Source: Campylobacterota bacterium (lineage in GTDB: Bacteria; Campylobacterota; Campylobacteria; Campylobacterales; Sulfurovaceae). Taken from it: a stretch of DNA of 24,918 nucleotides. A program made the translations under genes and the position numbers. The notes beneath the pieces are model-generated. The model ran no database searches. It was given only the letters and a program-made list of their open reading frames with translations, and was not told the DNA's origin. Numbering within the stretch: position 1 is the stretch's first letter; each line of letters opens with the position of its first letter. Location of the stretch: the NCBI GenBank assembly GCA_034722955.1, contig JAYEOM010000010.1, positions 1 to 24,918 of the forward strand, given 5' to 3'. Shown one piece after another: positions 6,456 through 16,741 of this stretch.

Positions 6456-9239
6456 GTGGTTAAAGTATTGAGGAAGTCTACTCCAAGAGCTATAGAAAAG
6501 GAGTCTGTTATTTTAAAAAAACTAAGAATACTTGATTCTATAGAGAAGAGTGAAGTGCTGCCGCTGGTTTTACTCTTTACATTCTCTTTTTTGAATGGTA
6601 TGGCATTGGTATTTTTTGAAACCACGGCAAACACCCTCTTTTTAATAAAACATGATATTAAGACACTTCCCTATGTCTATATACTCACCGCTTTAGTCTC
6701 AGTCATCTTTGGATATTTTTATGATAGACTAGAGAGCCGTATACCTATCACAAAACTACTGCGAATCATACTGTTGTTTGTGATGACAATCATACTCTTC
6801 TTCTTTATACTGATCAAGTTAAATGATTCTGAATGGGTCTATCTAGGCTTAATGGTCTCAAAAGATTTGGTTTGGATTTTTATCAGTATAGAGTTTGGTA
6901 TCCTAAGTAGTATGATATTCAATATCCGCCAAGGAAAAAGACTCTTTGGACTTTTGATGTCAGGTGAGATTTTGGCAGGTATTATAGGTGGGATTTCAAT
7001 TAATCTAATATTGAACTATATTGAAACAGTCAATTTACTTTTCCTGTCAAGCCTGATACTGCTGATCTCCTTTCTCTTGTTGAGTCATATTTTACATCGT
7101 TATAAAAATAGCTTTGCCAAAGAGAGTAAGGATGAATTAGAGACAGAAAAATTCTCCTATAAAGAGTTATTTCAAGATAGATACTATCTGCTAATATTTG
7201 CGATTTCAGCTTTATCATTTTTTGTTTTTTATTTTATTGATTATATTTTTTACTACTCTGTGGAGGCTAAATTCACCAATGAAAAAGAGTTAGCTGGATT
7301 TTTTGGTATCTTCTATGCCATACTCAATGGTGTTAATCTCTTTTCGAGTATCTTTGTCTCAGGTGCTATGCTAAGCAGATTTGGTATACTCTCCGGCATT
7401 GTAGCTATTCCTGTCATAGCTCTTGTTAGTACCTCTTCACTCCTCATCGCGGTGATGTCATCACTGGGTATTAGTTTTTTTATTTTATTGCTTGTTAAAT
7501 TGCTCAATGAAGTATTTGATAGCTCTATCTTTGGTCCTACACTCAGAGTCATCTATCAATCCATTCCTACAAAAAAGAGGATGAAAGTCCTCTCCTTTAA
7601 AGAGATGGTTGTTGAGCCTATCTCTATGGGGCTTGTAGGACTTATACTTCTGTTTATTGCCATGTTTGACAATATTGATATTGTCTATTATCTTATATTA
7701 TTGTGCTCCTTGGTTTGGATTTTACTAGGAAAGATGCTCAAAAAGTATTATATATTGTCACTTGAAAAACTCTTGAATCAGAGAGAAGTGATTGTGGACA
7801 GCTATTCACTCTATGCCATTGATACCAATATCTTTCTAAATGGAATTAAGAGCGATAATGAAATTGAAGTTATCTACTGTTTGGATTCGTTAGTAAAGAT
7901 TGATTATAAAGATATTGATACCATCCTCACCACCCTTCTTTCTCATAAAAGTACAAAAGTACGCCTCAATGTTTTGGAGTTCATCGAAAAGTTAGACAAG
8001 GACAATCTCTCTAACCATTTAAGCCAAAGGATTAAGGAGGAGCAGGATGAGAGCGTTCTCAATAAATTGCTTAAATTATACTGTAAAATGGAAACTGTCG
8101 ATGCGATAGATACACTATCAGACTATATTAATCATAAAAATTCATTAGTTCAAGAGGGGGCGATTATTGGGCTGCTTCAATATGGGGGAATAGATGGAAT
8201 TTTAATTGCAGGAAAAGTATTAAACAATCTTTTTGAATCAAGCAAGAGAGAAGACCAGATTACAGCGTTAAATATTTTAACAAATATGCATACGCCAAGT
8301 TTCTATCATCTACTCAAAAAACTTATTGATAAAGAGGATATAGAGATAAGACGACAAGTTATCGTTGTCATTGGAAATTTAAAAATTAAGAAATTTATAC
8401 CTGATCTATTTAAAAATTTAGAATTAGACAACTATAGAGGTGTTGCGGTACAGTCATTGATAAAATTTGAAAATAAAATATTTGATGATTTGATTGCTCA
8501 TTTTGAGCAGACTCACTCACTCGAAAGCAAGTATGCCATTATCAAAATCATATCCATACTCAAGACAGAGGAGTCCAATCATTTCCTGCTTTCACAACTT
8601 AGTAATCCACAACTGAGTGATACAACCCTAGAAAAACTATCTGATATTGATTATAGGGTAACAGAAAAAAATTTATTAGAAGATCTGCTGTTAAGAGAGG
8701 TCAAAAGAGTACTCTTCTATCTTCATATAACAACTATCCTAGATCAAAACTCTTTTCCCAATAGCTTCTTAATCATAAAAGAGATAATAGAGCAGAAGAT
8801 AAAAAATCTTTTTCTAATACTAGGATTTAATTATACTAAAAAAATAATTTCACAATCCATGCTTAACTACCAAGATCGCTCCAAAAAGAAGCGTGCTTAC
8901 GCAGTTGAAGTGATAGATAATATGGTATCATCAAAAATAAAAGAGATAGTGTTACCTATTTTTGAAGATATTTCAAGTGATAAAAAGTTCTCCTCTTATG
9001 ATGCTGATCTGTTTTACAAGGTGGAGCATCAGGATGAATTTATCGATATTATTCTTGATGATTTTAATAAACCTCAAATACTAAGACTGTCTATTGTCTA
9101 CGAAATAGGGAAACATAGAGAGAGAGCGTATCTCTTATCCATAAAAAAATTGATTGAAAATGAAGATGAGGATATCAGACAAACGGCTCTATGGACACTA
9201 AGTCAACTTGAAAAGGAAAATGATGCTGTTGATGATTGA
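6456..9239 (+). CDS. NTT/TLC (Npt1/Npt2-like) MFS-fold transporter fused to HEAT repeats; start uncertain
   Basis: About 12 TM helices in the first ~430 aa (LPYVYI, FNIRQGKRLFGLLMSGEILAGIIGG, ELAGFFG, IYQSIP), then alpha-solenoid repeats (LLSHKSTKVRLNVL, KKKRAYAVEVIDN, DEDIRQTALWTL). Confidence 0.8.
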   Translation: MVKVLRKSTPRAIEKESVILKKLRILDSIEKSEVLPLVLLFTFSFLNGMALVFFETTANTLFLIKHDIKTLPYVYILTALVSVIFGYFYDRLESRIPITKLLRIILLFVMTIILFFFILIKLNDSEWVYLGLMVSKDLVWIFISIEFGILSSMIFNIRQGKRLFGLLMSGEILAGIIGGISINLILNYIETVNLLFLSSLILLISFLLLSHILHRYKNSFAKESKDELETEKFSYKELFQDRYYLLIFAISALSFFVFYFIDYIFYYSVEAKFTNEKELAGFFGIFYAILNGVNLFSSIFVSGAMLSRFGILSGIVAIPVIALVSTSSLLIAVMSSLGISFFILLLVKLLNEVFDSSIFGPTLRVIYQSIPTKKRMKVLSFKEMVVEPISMGLVGLILLFIAMFDNIDIVYYLILLCSLVWILLGKMLKKYYILSLEKLLNQREVIVDSYSLYAIDTNIFLNGIKSDNEIEVIYCLDSLVKIDYKDIDTILTTLLSHKSTKVRLNVLEFIEKLDKDNLSNHLSQRIKEEQDESVLNKLLKLYCKMETVDAIDTLSDYINHKNSLVQEGAIIGLLQYGGIDGILIAGKVLNNLFESSKREDQITALNILTNMHTPSFYHLLKKLIDKEDIEIRRQVIVVIGNLKIKKFIPDLFKNLELDNYRGVAVQSLIKFENKIFDDLIAHFEQTHSLESKYAIIKIISILKTEESNHFLLSQLSNPQLSDTTLEKLSDIDYRVTEKNLLEDLLLREVKRVLFYLHITTILDQNSFPNSFLIIKEIIEQKIKNLFLILGFNYTKKIISQSMLNYQDRSKKKRAYAVEVIDNMVSSKIKEIVLPIFEDISSDKKFSSYDADLFYKVEHQDEFIDIILDDFNKPQILRLSIVYEIGKHRERAYLLSIKKLIENEDEDIRQTALWTLSQLEKENDAVDD

Positions 9240-9633
9240 AAAGGTTATTATTTTAAAATCTATTGATCTGTTTTCGAAAATACCAGAAGATACACTCCTA
9301 TCTATTGCAACACAACTCAGTGAGATACACTATGACAAAGGGAGTACCATCATCAAACAGGGTGAACTTGGTACTTCAATGTATATTCTTGTAAGAGGCA
9401 GTGTTGATGTCATTATCAATGGAAATATCGTTGCAACACAAAAAGAGGAGGATATCTTTGGTGAACTAGCTGCTCTTGATCCAGAACCTAGAAGTGCAAC
9501 TATTAAAGCCAAAGAGGATGTACTTGTTTTTGAAATCAATAGTACCGTTATTTATAACCTAATCTCTGAATATCCTAGTGTTGCTAGAGGAATCATTAAA
9601 ATTTTATGCAATAGGATTAGAGATAATAACTAA
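9220..9633 (+). CDS. Stand-alone cyclic-nucleotide-binding domain protein
   Basis: IEKVIILKSIDLFS, IIKQGELGTSMYILVRGSV and the phosphate-binding cassette FGELAALDPEPRSAT. No HTH. ATG at 9220/9223 after AAGGA, overlapping the end of the upstream gene. Confidence 0.88.
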   Translation: MMLLMIEKVIILKSIDLFSKIPEDTLLSIATQLSEIHYDKGSTIIKQGELGTSMYILVRGSVDVIINGNIVATQKEEDIFGELAALDPEPRSATIKAKEDVLVFEINSTVIYNLISEYPSVARGIIKILCNRIRDNN

Positions 9634-9685
9634 ATTTGAATATAATTGGTTTTTATTATACATATTTTGAATAAAAATAAGTTTT

Positions 9686-9694
9686 GGATATAAT
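9686..9694 (+). promoter_or_regulatory. Putative sigma70 -10 box of the argD operon
   Basis: GGATATAAT (TATAAT 9689-9694) with AT-rich upstream tracts, shortly before argD. Confidence 0.5.
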
Positions 9695-9717
9695 AACACT
9701 AAATAAATATTAAATGT

Positions 9718-10914
9718 ATGGAAACTATGATGAATTTAGAACAGTTAGATAAGCAGTATGTGCTTCCAACCTATGCACGAAACTATACCAACTTTATTAG
9801 AGGAGTAGGCTCTACACTCTATAGTAAAGATGGTCGTGATTATATTGATTTTGCTAGTGGTATCGGGGTGAATAGTGTGGGTCATGGCAACCCTGAGCTG
9901 ACAGAAGCGATATCTCAGCAGGTAAAAAAAATCATCCATATCTCCAATCTTCAAGTGGTCGAACCTCAAGCTAGATTGGCAGAGAGTATCGTCTCTTTGA
10001 GCGGTTATGATATGCAAGTTTTCTTTGGCAACTCTGGTGCGGAAGCCAATGAAGGTGCCATCAAGATAGCACGAAAGTATGGTGAAACGAGATTTGATAA
10101 TAAACGATATAAGGTGATCACACTAGAACACTCTTTTCACGGCAGAACTATCACAACAGTGAAGGCTACCGGGCAGGAGAGTTTCCATACACCACACTTC
10201 TCTCCGTATCCAGATGGTTTTAGTTATGAGAAGTCGATAGCAGATCTCTATAGTGCTATCGATGAAGAGACGGTAGCTGTATTGATAGAGCTTGTTCAGG
10301 GAGAAGGGGGTGTAGAGCCTTTTGCGAGAGATGAGATCCAAAAGCTCGCCTCTTTTTTGAAAGAGAGAGATATCCTGCTTATAGTCGATGAGGTGCAGAC
10401 AGGGGTCTACAGAACAGGTGAATTTTTGGCATCCAACCTTTATGGCATCGAACCAGATATTATCACACTAGCAAAGGGCTTGGGTGGTGGTGTGCCGATC
10501 GGTATAGTTATGACAAGTCACAAAGATATCTTTGCTCCTGGTGATCATGGGAGTACCTTTGGAGGTAACTATCTCAGCAGTGTTGCCGGTTTGAGTGTAT
10601 TGGAGACTCTCTCTAATCTATATGACAGCGGTCAGCTGCATGAGACACTGATCTATTTTGAAGAGAGGCTGCAAGCTATCGCAGAGAAGTATAGTGACAT
10701 TTTTGAAAAAGAGGTAGGGTTGGGATTTATGCGTGGCTTGAGAGCCAAAGATGCCCAAACTGTTAGTACTATTCTAAGCAGGAGTATGGAGGAGGGAGTT
10801 CTACTGCTCAAAGCGGGACGAAATACAGTTCGTTTTTTACCAAGTATGACGATCACCAAAGATGAAATCAATGGAGGGTTTGAACGATTTGAAAAAGCAC
10901 TTGCATCTCTCTAG
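9718..10914 (+). CDS. argD: Acetylornithine aminotransferase (class III PLP)
   Basis: YIDFASGIGVNSVGH, NSGAEANEGAIK, SFHGRT, ELVQGEGG, DEVQTG, TLAKGLGGG, HGSTFGGN. The true start may be 9727 or 9730. Confidence 0.93.
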   Translation: METMMNLEQLDKQYVLPTYARNYTNFIRGVGSTLYSKDGRDYIDFASGIGVNSVGHGNPELTEAISQQVKKIIHISNLQVVEPQARLAESIVSLSGYDMQVFFGNSGAEANEGAIKIARKYGETRFDNKRYKVITLEHSFHGRTITTVKATGQESFHTPHFSPYPDGFSYEKSIADLYSAIDEETVAVLIELVQGEGGVEPFARDEIQKLASFLKERDILLIVDEVQTGVYRTGEFLASNLYGIEPDIITLAKGLGGGVPIGIVMTSHKDIFAPGDHGSTFGGNYLSSVAGLSVLETLSNLYDSGQLHETLIYFEERLQAIAEKYSDIFEKEVGLGFMRGLRAKDAQTVSTILSRSMEEGVLLLKAGRNTVRFLPSMTITKDEINGGFERFEKALASL

Positions 10915-12097
10915 TATCATACTCCTTATCTTGATGGGTTCTGTCGCTTTGGCTGATGAGCTTGCAGAGTTACTCTCTCCTGAGAAACGCAAGATCTTCC
11001 AATACCAAGAGGAGTACAATGAGCTACAGAGTGATAAACTCAAAAAAAGTTGGGTAAATCCGATACGGCTACAGTATCGTAAAAACTATACAACCCAATT
11101 TTCAACAGGGGCAATCGATACAAGTAACTATAGTATCGCGATCGATCAACCTATTTTTAAAGCAGGCGGTATCTTCTTTTCGATGAAGTATGCAGATGCA
11201 CTCAGGGGAGCAACAGCTGCAGAGATCAAGCTGCGTAAGCGAGAGATGATAGGTACGGTGGTTAGGATACTCTTTGAGTTTAAGAAGATAAGACTCCAGC
11301 AGAAAAAAATAAGACTATTGATCAAAAATGATGAGATCGATATCAAACTCAAAAGTGATAGTTTTGAAGCGGGAATACTTGATAGCAGTTTTCTTGATCA
11401 GGCGATCATCAAGCGCAATACGGATGAGACCGAACTTTTGGCTCTTGAGTTGCAGTTGGAAAAATTGAAAAATGATTTTGCCTTTTTGAGTGATAAAAAT
11501 CCTGATCAGCTCCAACTTCCAACGCTCAAACTCATTAGCGAAAAAAAGTATAAAGAGGAGCATCTTGCACTGCGCAGTGACACGCTCCATGCCGAGGAGA
11601 AGCAGTATCTCTCAAAGATGACTTGGTCGCAATATCTTCCTGAAGTTTCGGTACAGGGACAATATATCAAGGGGGATCTCAATCCACTATTTGCCAACCC
11701 CGCACTGCGTGATGAGTATACCAACTATAGTGTGACAGTCAGTATGCCGCTCAGTATCAATGCACTGACCGATGTTGAGGCAGGTCAAGTTGCCTATATG
11801 CAAGCAGCAACACAGGTCATCGATCAGGAGAAACGAGTAGATTTGGAGTACCAAACGATCCTCAATAACTTGCGTATTATCAATAAAAAAATTGCGCTCG
11901 ATCACAAAGATGAAAAACTCTACCAACGGCTCTACAAGGTGACAAAAAACCTAGAAAAAGCGGGAGAGAAAACCAGCTATGAAACAGCATTGATGCACAA
12001 TTCACTAGAGACCAAAAAGCTCGATCAGTTGATCCACAAGATCGACAAACAGCTACAGCTGCTCTCACTATATGTAAAGGTTAGCGGTGTATTTTAG
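10889..12097 (+). CDS. TolC-family outer membrane protein
   Basis: Signal peptide from TTG 10889 (GGAGG upstream), IDQPIFKAGG, QYLPEVSVQGQY, helical OEP-type repeats. Confidence 0.78.
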   Translation: MKKHLHLSSIILLILMGSVALADELAELLSPEKRKIFQYQEEYNELQSDKLKKSWVNPIRLQYRKNYTTQFSTGAIDTSNYSIAIDQPIFKAGGIFFSMKYADALRGATAAEIKLRKREMIGTVVRILFEFKKIRLQQKKIRLLIKNDEIDIKLKSDSFEAGILDSSFLDQAIIKRNTDETELLALELQLEKLKNDFAFLSDKNPDQLQLPTLKLISEKKYKEEHLALRSDTLHAEEKQYLSKMTWSQYLPEVSVQGQYIKGDLNPLFANPALRDEYTNYSVTVSMPLSINALTDVEAGQVAYMQAATQVIDQEKRVDLEYQTILNNLRIINKKIALDHKDEKLYQRLYKVTKNLEKAGEKTSYETALMHNSLETKKLDQLIHKIDKQLQLLSLYVKVSGVF

Positions 12098-13073
12098 TGA
12101 TTATATGAGTGAGTGGCTCTACGGTGAGGATGGCTACTATAAGAGCTTCAAAGCTATAGGTAAAGAGGGAGATTTTTATACAGCAGTGAGTGCTTCTCCT
12201 TTTTTCGGTGCTAGTATTGCCAACTATCTATGGAAGCAGATAGAGAGAGGAGAGATCCCTAGAGATGCTCTACTGTTAGAGATCGGTGCCCATCAGGGAC
12301 ATCTGATCGGCGACATGATCCAGTGGCTTTTTACCTGTGATCCTACACTCATAGAGAGTATGCGTTTTGCTATTGTCGAGAGACAGCCCGAGGTACAGCA
12401 GGCACAACAGGCATATTTTATGGAACGGTTTGGCGGTGAAGTGAACATAGAGCAGTATAGAGCTCTCAATGAGTTGGATCTGCCTTATGCTTTTGTCATA
12501 TCCAATGAGATATTTGATGCTTTCCCTTGTGAGTTGGTCAAAGATGGTGATATCGCTATAGTTGATAGAGGTGAGATCAAGTGGGAAGAGGCACCTGTAA
12601 CTCTACTCAACAAGATTGAAAAGTATAGGCAGGTGAAGGGTGAAGTAGCGTTAGGGTATGAAGATTTTGCTGTTGAGATAGCAGGGAGTTTTGAGCATTG
12701 TGATTTTCTATCATTTGATTATGGAGAGAGGTATGTGCGAAATGATTTTTCTATACGACTCTATAGAGAACATGAAACCCTTCCTCTCTTTGATGATGAG
12801 GTAGTTTTGGAGGATGAATTTAAAAAGAGTGATATCACTTATGATGTTAACTTTGAGCTAGTGATAGATGCTTTTGGAGATGCCGGATTTGATCTGGTAG
12901 ATTATGAGACACAAGCAAGAGCATTGGTGCGTTTTGGGCTCATAGATATGTTGGAAGCTTTTGCCAAACAGACAACAGAGACAACCTATCTGCGAGAAGT
13001 TGATAAGGTCAAGACACTTATAGCACCTACTATGATGGGAGATAAGTTCAAATTGGTACATTTAAGAAAATAG
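12087..13073 (+). CDS. SAM-dependent methyltransferase, MidA/NDUFAF7 (DUF185) family
   Basis: FSDYM..WLY...GYY, IGKEGDFYTA, LEIGAHQG, SNEIFDAFP, FDYG, DITYDVNF. Confidence 0.9.
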   Translation: MYFSDYMSEWLYGEDGYYKSFKAIGKEGDFYTAVSASPFFGASIANYLWKQIERGEIPRDALLLEIGAHQGHLIGDMIQWLFTCDPTLIESMRFAIVERQPEVQQAQQAYFMERFGGEVNIEQYRALNELDLPYAFVISNEIFDAFPCELVKDGDIAIVDRGEIKWEEAPVTLLNKIEKYRQVKGEVALGYEDFAVEIAGSFEHCDFLSFDYGERYVRNDFSIRLYREHETLPLFDDEVVLEDEFKKSDITYDVNFELVIDAFGDAGFDLVDYETQARALVRFGLIDMLEAFAKQTTETTYLREVDKVKTLIAPTMMGDKFKLVHLRK

Positions 13074-13098
13074 ATCATTTATGATAAAAAAGAAGAGA

Positions 13099-14583
13099 AT
13101 GAAAAAGTATGAGATAGAGCGTAAGTTTTTACTAAAACCATGTTCCCCGGAGCGTTTTCTTCAGACTATGGGTTTGGATTATATTAGATATGATATCCAT
13201 CAATATTATCTCTCCTCTGAAGAGTATGGAGATATTCGATATCGCAGAAAAGATATGAAGTTTTATAAAACGATCAAGATAGGAAAAGGTATGGTTCGAG
13301 AGGAGCAGCAGTATCTTATCTCTGAAGAGGAGTATATCGCCTCTCTCGATAAACATAGTGGAAAGATTATTGAAAAGGATCGTTTTGTATTTACTTATGA
13401 TGGTAGAGTTTATGAGTTGGATAATTTCAAAAAAGAGCTTGAAGGACTCTGCTATCTTGAGATTGAATTTGATGATGAAGCAGTAGCAACAGCGTTTGTC
13501 ATCCCTGAGATATTTTCATCTCTATATCTATCAGAGGTGACTGATGATAGTAGATTTAATAACTCGGCTCTCTCTAGGTCTACTCCTATACCGATACTAG
13601 ATAGTGATCTTGAGAAGTTGGCCAGAAAGATAAAGCGAACTATTCCGAGTGATAGTGATAAAGATGCAGATCATATGCTTGTCGAGCCATTTGAGAGTAC
13701 AGAGACGGCCATCTTGGTTATATTGAGAAAACAACTCAATATTCTCAGGATCTCTCAAGAGAAACTCTTTTTGGATAGTGACAACCCAGAGGCACTTCAC
13801 GCTTTGAGAGTTTCGATGCGTAGAGTGCGATCTACTCTTGGAGAGTTTAGGCACTACTTCTTCTCTAGTTGGGTTGCACTGCATCGTAGAAATCTCTCTT
13901 TGTTGATGGCACAGACCAATAAAAAGCGTGAATGTGATGTACTGCTGGAGAATATAGATACTTATGTAGAGTATCTGCCAGAGGAGATTCAGAGGGGATT
14001 AAACCCTCTGCTGCTATATCTATTGAAGAAGAATCAGACTCTACATGAGAAGCTTGTTAGGTGGTTTGATAATGAACTATTGCCATATGAGATCTACGCT
14101 CTTGGACGACCAAATACAGATGAATCTATCTATCATGAGAACTTGTCTCAGCCTATCACAATCACTTCGATACAGATTTTACAAAATCGTTTGGATAAGA
14201 TCATGATAGAGGGGTCAAAGCTTGATTTGACATCTAACTCTGACGAGTATCATCAACTTCGTATTCAATTTAAAAAATTACTCTATTTTATTGAAGAGAT
14301 GAAGCCTATAGTTGATAACAGTAAATATAATCAAACAGTAAATAGCATAAACAATATACAGAGTGTACTAGGTGAGTATCGAGATCTGGTTATGAGTCGG
14401 CTACTCATAGACTCTTTTAGTAGAGAGTATTTTACTGACAATAAAATAGTGAAAGTCTCTATCGATAGATTGAATAGTCTGTTGCTGGAAAAAGAGGAGG
14501 AGAAGAAAATTTACTTTAAGAGACTCTTTTTAGAGTTTAAAAAAGAGGAGAAGAGTCTCAAGAGACTTTTTGAGTATTATTAG
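13099..14583 (+). CDS. CYTH + CHAD domain protein (triphosphatase/polyphosphate-associated)
   Basis: CYTH motif EIERKFL, plus REE, YELD, LEIEF, EVTDD; CHAD motifs EALHALRVSMRRVRS and HQLRIQFKKL. Start 13099 preferred over 13081. Confidence 0.88.
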   Translation: MKKYEIERKFLLKPCSPERFLQTMGLDYIRYDIHQYYLSSEEYGDIRYRRKDMKFYKTIKIGKGMVREEQQYLISEEEYIASLDKHSGKIIEKDRFVFTYDGRVYELDNFKKELEGLCYLEIEFDDEAVATAFVIPEIFSSLYLSEVTDDSRFNNSALSRSTPIPILDSDLEKLARKIKRTIPSDSDKDADHMLVEPFESTETAILVILRKQLNILRISQEKLFLDSDNPEALHALRVSMRRVRSTLGEFRHYFFSSWVALHRRNLSLLMAQTNKKRECDVLLENIDTYVEYLPEEIQRGLNPLLLYLLKKNQTLHEKLVRWFDNELLPYEIYALGRPNTDESIYHENLSQPITITSIQILQNRLDKIMIEGSKLDLTSNSDEYHQLRIQFKKLLYFIEEMKPIVDNSKYNQTVNSINNIQSVLGEYRDLVMSRLLIDSFSREYFTDNKIVKVSIDRLNSLLLEKEEEKKIYFKRLFLEFKKEEKSLKRLFEYY

Positions 14584-14623
14584 GCTTTCCCTAGGCAAAA
14601 AGTTAAAAATAGAAGGAGAAAAA

Positions 14624-14824
14624 GTGACGATAACTGTCAACGGTGAACTACGAGAATCTACAGAGGGAGCCACACTTGAGTCCCTGATCGATCTACTAGG
14701 TATCAAAGTCAAAGTGATGGCAGCTGCTGTCAACATGGAGGTTGTCAAAAAAGATGAGTGGAGGGATCATATCCTGCACGATGGCGACAGGATAGAGTTA
14801 TTGCATTTTGTAGGTGGCGGGTGA
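14624..14824 (+). CDS. thiS: Sulfur carrier protein ThiS
   Basis: GTG start after AAGGAG. MTITVNGE...AAAVNMEVV...DGDRIELLHFVGGG with C-terminal GG; 66 aa. Confidence 0.92.
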   Translation: MTITVNGELRESTEGATLESLIDLLGIKVKVMAAAVNMEVVKKDEWRDHILHDGDRIELLHFVGGG

Positions 14825-14836
14825 TCTATCTAGTAC

Positions 14837-15199
14837 CTAATGGATATCTATCTGGATGATCGCTACGACGGCAATGGCAAATCCACCGTCATGGCTGATA
14901 GATAGAGAACTCTCTTCAACTCTATGTCGTTTTTGTGCTTGATCTGAGAGTATGAAGTATGGAGCTCCTCTAGAGTTTTTCTCTATCTCAATATCATGAA
15001 ATGACAACTCTTTTCCGATACCACACCCTAGTGCCTTAGCAATAGCCTCCTTTGCTGCCCAGAGACCTGCTAATGACTCTCTCTTCTTGGTTCGGGCTAT
15101 TTCGGACGAGGTTAAATATCTCTTCTTGAAGCGATCGCCATATTTCTCCAGTGATCTCTCTATTCTGCTGATCTCTATAATGTCTGTACCTATTTTCAT
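14837..15199 (-). CDS. acpS: Holo-[acyl-carrier-protein] synthase
   Basis: IGTDIIEISRI, AGLWAAKEAIAKALGCG, SLSISHDGGFAIAV. Confidence 0.96.
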   Translation of the reverse strand: MKIGTDIIEISRIERSLEKYGDRFKKRYLTSSEIARTKKRESLAGLWAAKEAIAKALGCGIGKELSFHDIEIEKNSRGAPYFILSDQAQKRHRVEESSLSISHDGGFAIAVVAIIQIDIH

Positions 15200-15230
15200 A
15201 AGCTTAGTGTAGCAGGATAAACCAAAAGTA

Positions 15231-16580
15231 TTACATCCACTCTACAACTTTCGATACTTCATCAGCGATAAAACACTTTATGCTACTCTCCTCTATGGGT
15301 CTATTTGGTATGACAGCTTTTGTAAAGCCTTGAGTTTTAATCTCTTTGAGTCTTTGGGTGAGTCCACTGACCTCTCTGATCTCACCGGTGAGACTCACCT
15401 CTCCTATAAAGAGCGTCTCTGTACTGAGCTCACGGTTACGATAGCTGCTTAGGATAGCAGCGATGATAGCTAGGTCGGCAGATGGTTCATTGATCTTGAT
15501 ACCGCCTGAAATATTGATAAATACATCATAAGTTCCTAGTGGAAGATCTAGCTTCTTTTCTAAAAGAGCCAGGAGCATAGTGAGACGACTGTTGTCAAAT
15601 CCTGTGGAGCTTCGTTTTGGGTGTCCGTAGGATTCGCTGACTAGAGCTTGTACCTCTATGATAATAGGACGACTCCCCTCCATGATCACAGTAAGTGCAG
15701 AGCCTGATTGTAGCTTCTCTTTGTTGAAAAATTTTCCAGCCATGCTTTTGGCATCATTTAACCCCTCTTTGTTCATCTCAAAGATACCGACTTCATTGGT
15801 AGACCCAAAACGGTTTTTGAACCCTCTTAGAAGCCTTAGTTCAGAGTTGCTATCACCCTCAAAGTAGAGTACAGTATCGACCATGTGTTCGAGGACTCTA
15901 GGTCCAGCTATCGATCCATCTTTGGTGATGTGTCCTATGATAAAGATAGGTATATGCAGAGACTTGGCGATTCGCATCAGTTCGAATGTGATAGTGCGAA
16001 CCTGTGTGACTGACCCCGGAGCAGAGGGTGTCTCATCAGAGTAGAGTGTCTGTATAGAGTCGATAACTATAAATTTATAGGAGTTGTTGGTGATCTCTGT
16101 TAGAACTGATTGGAGATTTATCTCTGGGAGTAGATAGAGCTGGTCGTGATTTGCTTCTAGGCGATTGGCACGCATCTTTATCTGACCGGCAGACTCTTCA
16201 CCGGATACATAGAGAACTTTTTGGCTTCTTTGGGCAAGATTGCCGGCGATTTTGAGTAGAAGAGTAGATTTGCCAATACCTGGACTACCTCCGATCAGAG
16301 TCAATGAACCAGGTACGATACCACCGCCTAAAACCAAGTCAAGTTCTCTACTGCCCGAGCTAAATCTGGTGATGTTATCTTCACCTATTTGGGTGATTGG
16401 TTTGGCTCTGCTTGTTATGTGAGAAGAGGGTGAAGCGGAGGTCTCTTTGAGAAACTTGATCTGTTGAGCAGTGAGCTCTACCATCGTCTCCCATTCACCA
16501 CATCCTGTACACTTCCCCATCCACCGTGGAGATTGAAATCCACAGGCTTGGCACTCAAAGAGTGTTTTTTTCTTTGCCAT
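15231..16580 (-). CDS. radA: DNA repair protein RadA/Sms
   Basis: C4 Zn finger, Walker A GSPGIGKST, KNRFG motif, Lon-like C-terminus. Confidence 0.98.
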   Translation of the reverse strand: MAKKKTLFECQACGFQSPRWMGKCTGCGEWETMVELTAQQIKFLKETSASPSSHITSRAKPITQIGEDNITRFSSGSRELDLVLGGGIVPGSLTLIGGSPGIGKSTLLLKIAGNLAQRSQKVLYVSGEESAGQIKMRANRLEANHDQLYLLPEINLQSVLTEITNNSYKFIVIDSIQTLYSDETPSAPGSVTQVRTITFELMRIAKSLHIPIFIIGHITKDGSIAGPRVLEHMVDTVLYFEGDSNSELRLLRGFKNRFGSTNEVGIFEMNKEGLNDAKSMAGKFFNKEKLQSGSALTVIMEGSRPIIIEVQALVSESYGHPKRSSTGFDNSRLTMLLALLEKKLDLPLGTYDVFINISGGIKINEPSADLAIIAAILSSYRNRELSTETLFIGEVSLTGEIREVSGLTQRLKEIKTQGFTKAVIPNRPIEESSIKCFIADEVSKVVEWM

Positions 16581-16741
16581 AATCAGATACCCCCTAAGGT
16601 TGAGATTATTTATTATATTTAACTTATTTCGAAAGGAGTCAAAAAGATTTCAAACTGTAATATAAAATATAAAATTTAGAATCCCTTATTGTTGTTCTTA
16701 GGATAAAATGATACAATAGATTAATAGTCTGGAGGTTAATA

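Noticed and set aside
14580..14596. TTAGGCTTTCCCTAGG resembling the MITE left end (13/16) and supplying the CYTH-CHAD stop codon
   Set aside because: Similarity does not continue into AGATAAAC and there is no right end, so it could be chance.
14570..14623. N-terminal extension of thiS in the ORF track
   Set aside because: AAGGAG before GTG 14624 gives a standard 66-aa ThiS.
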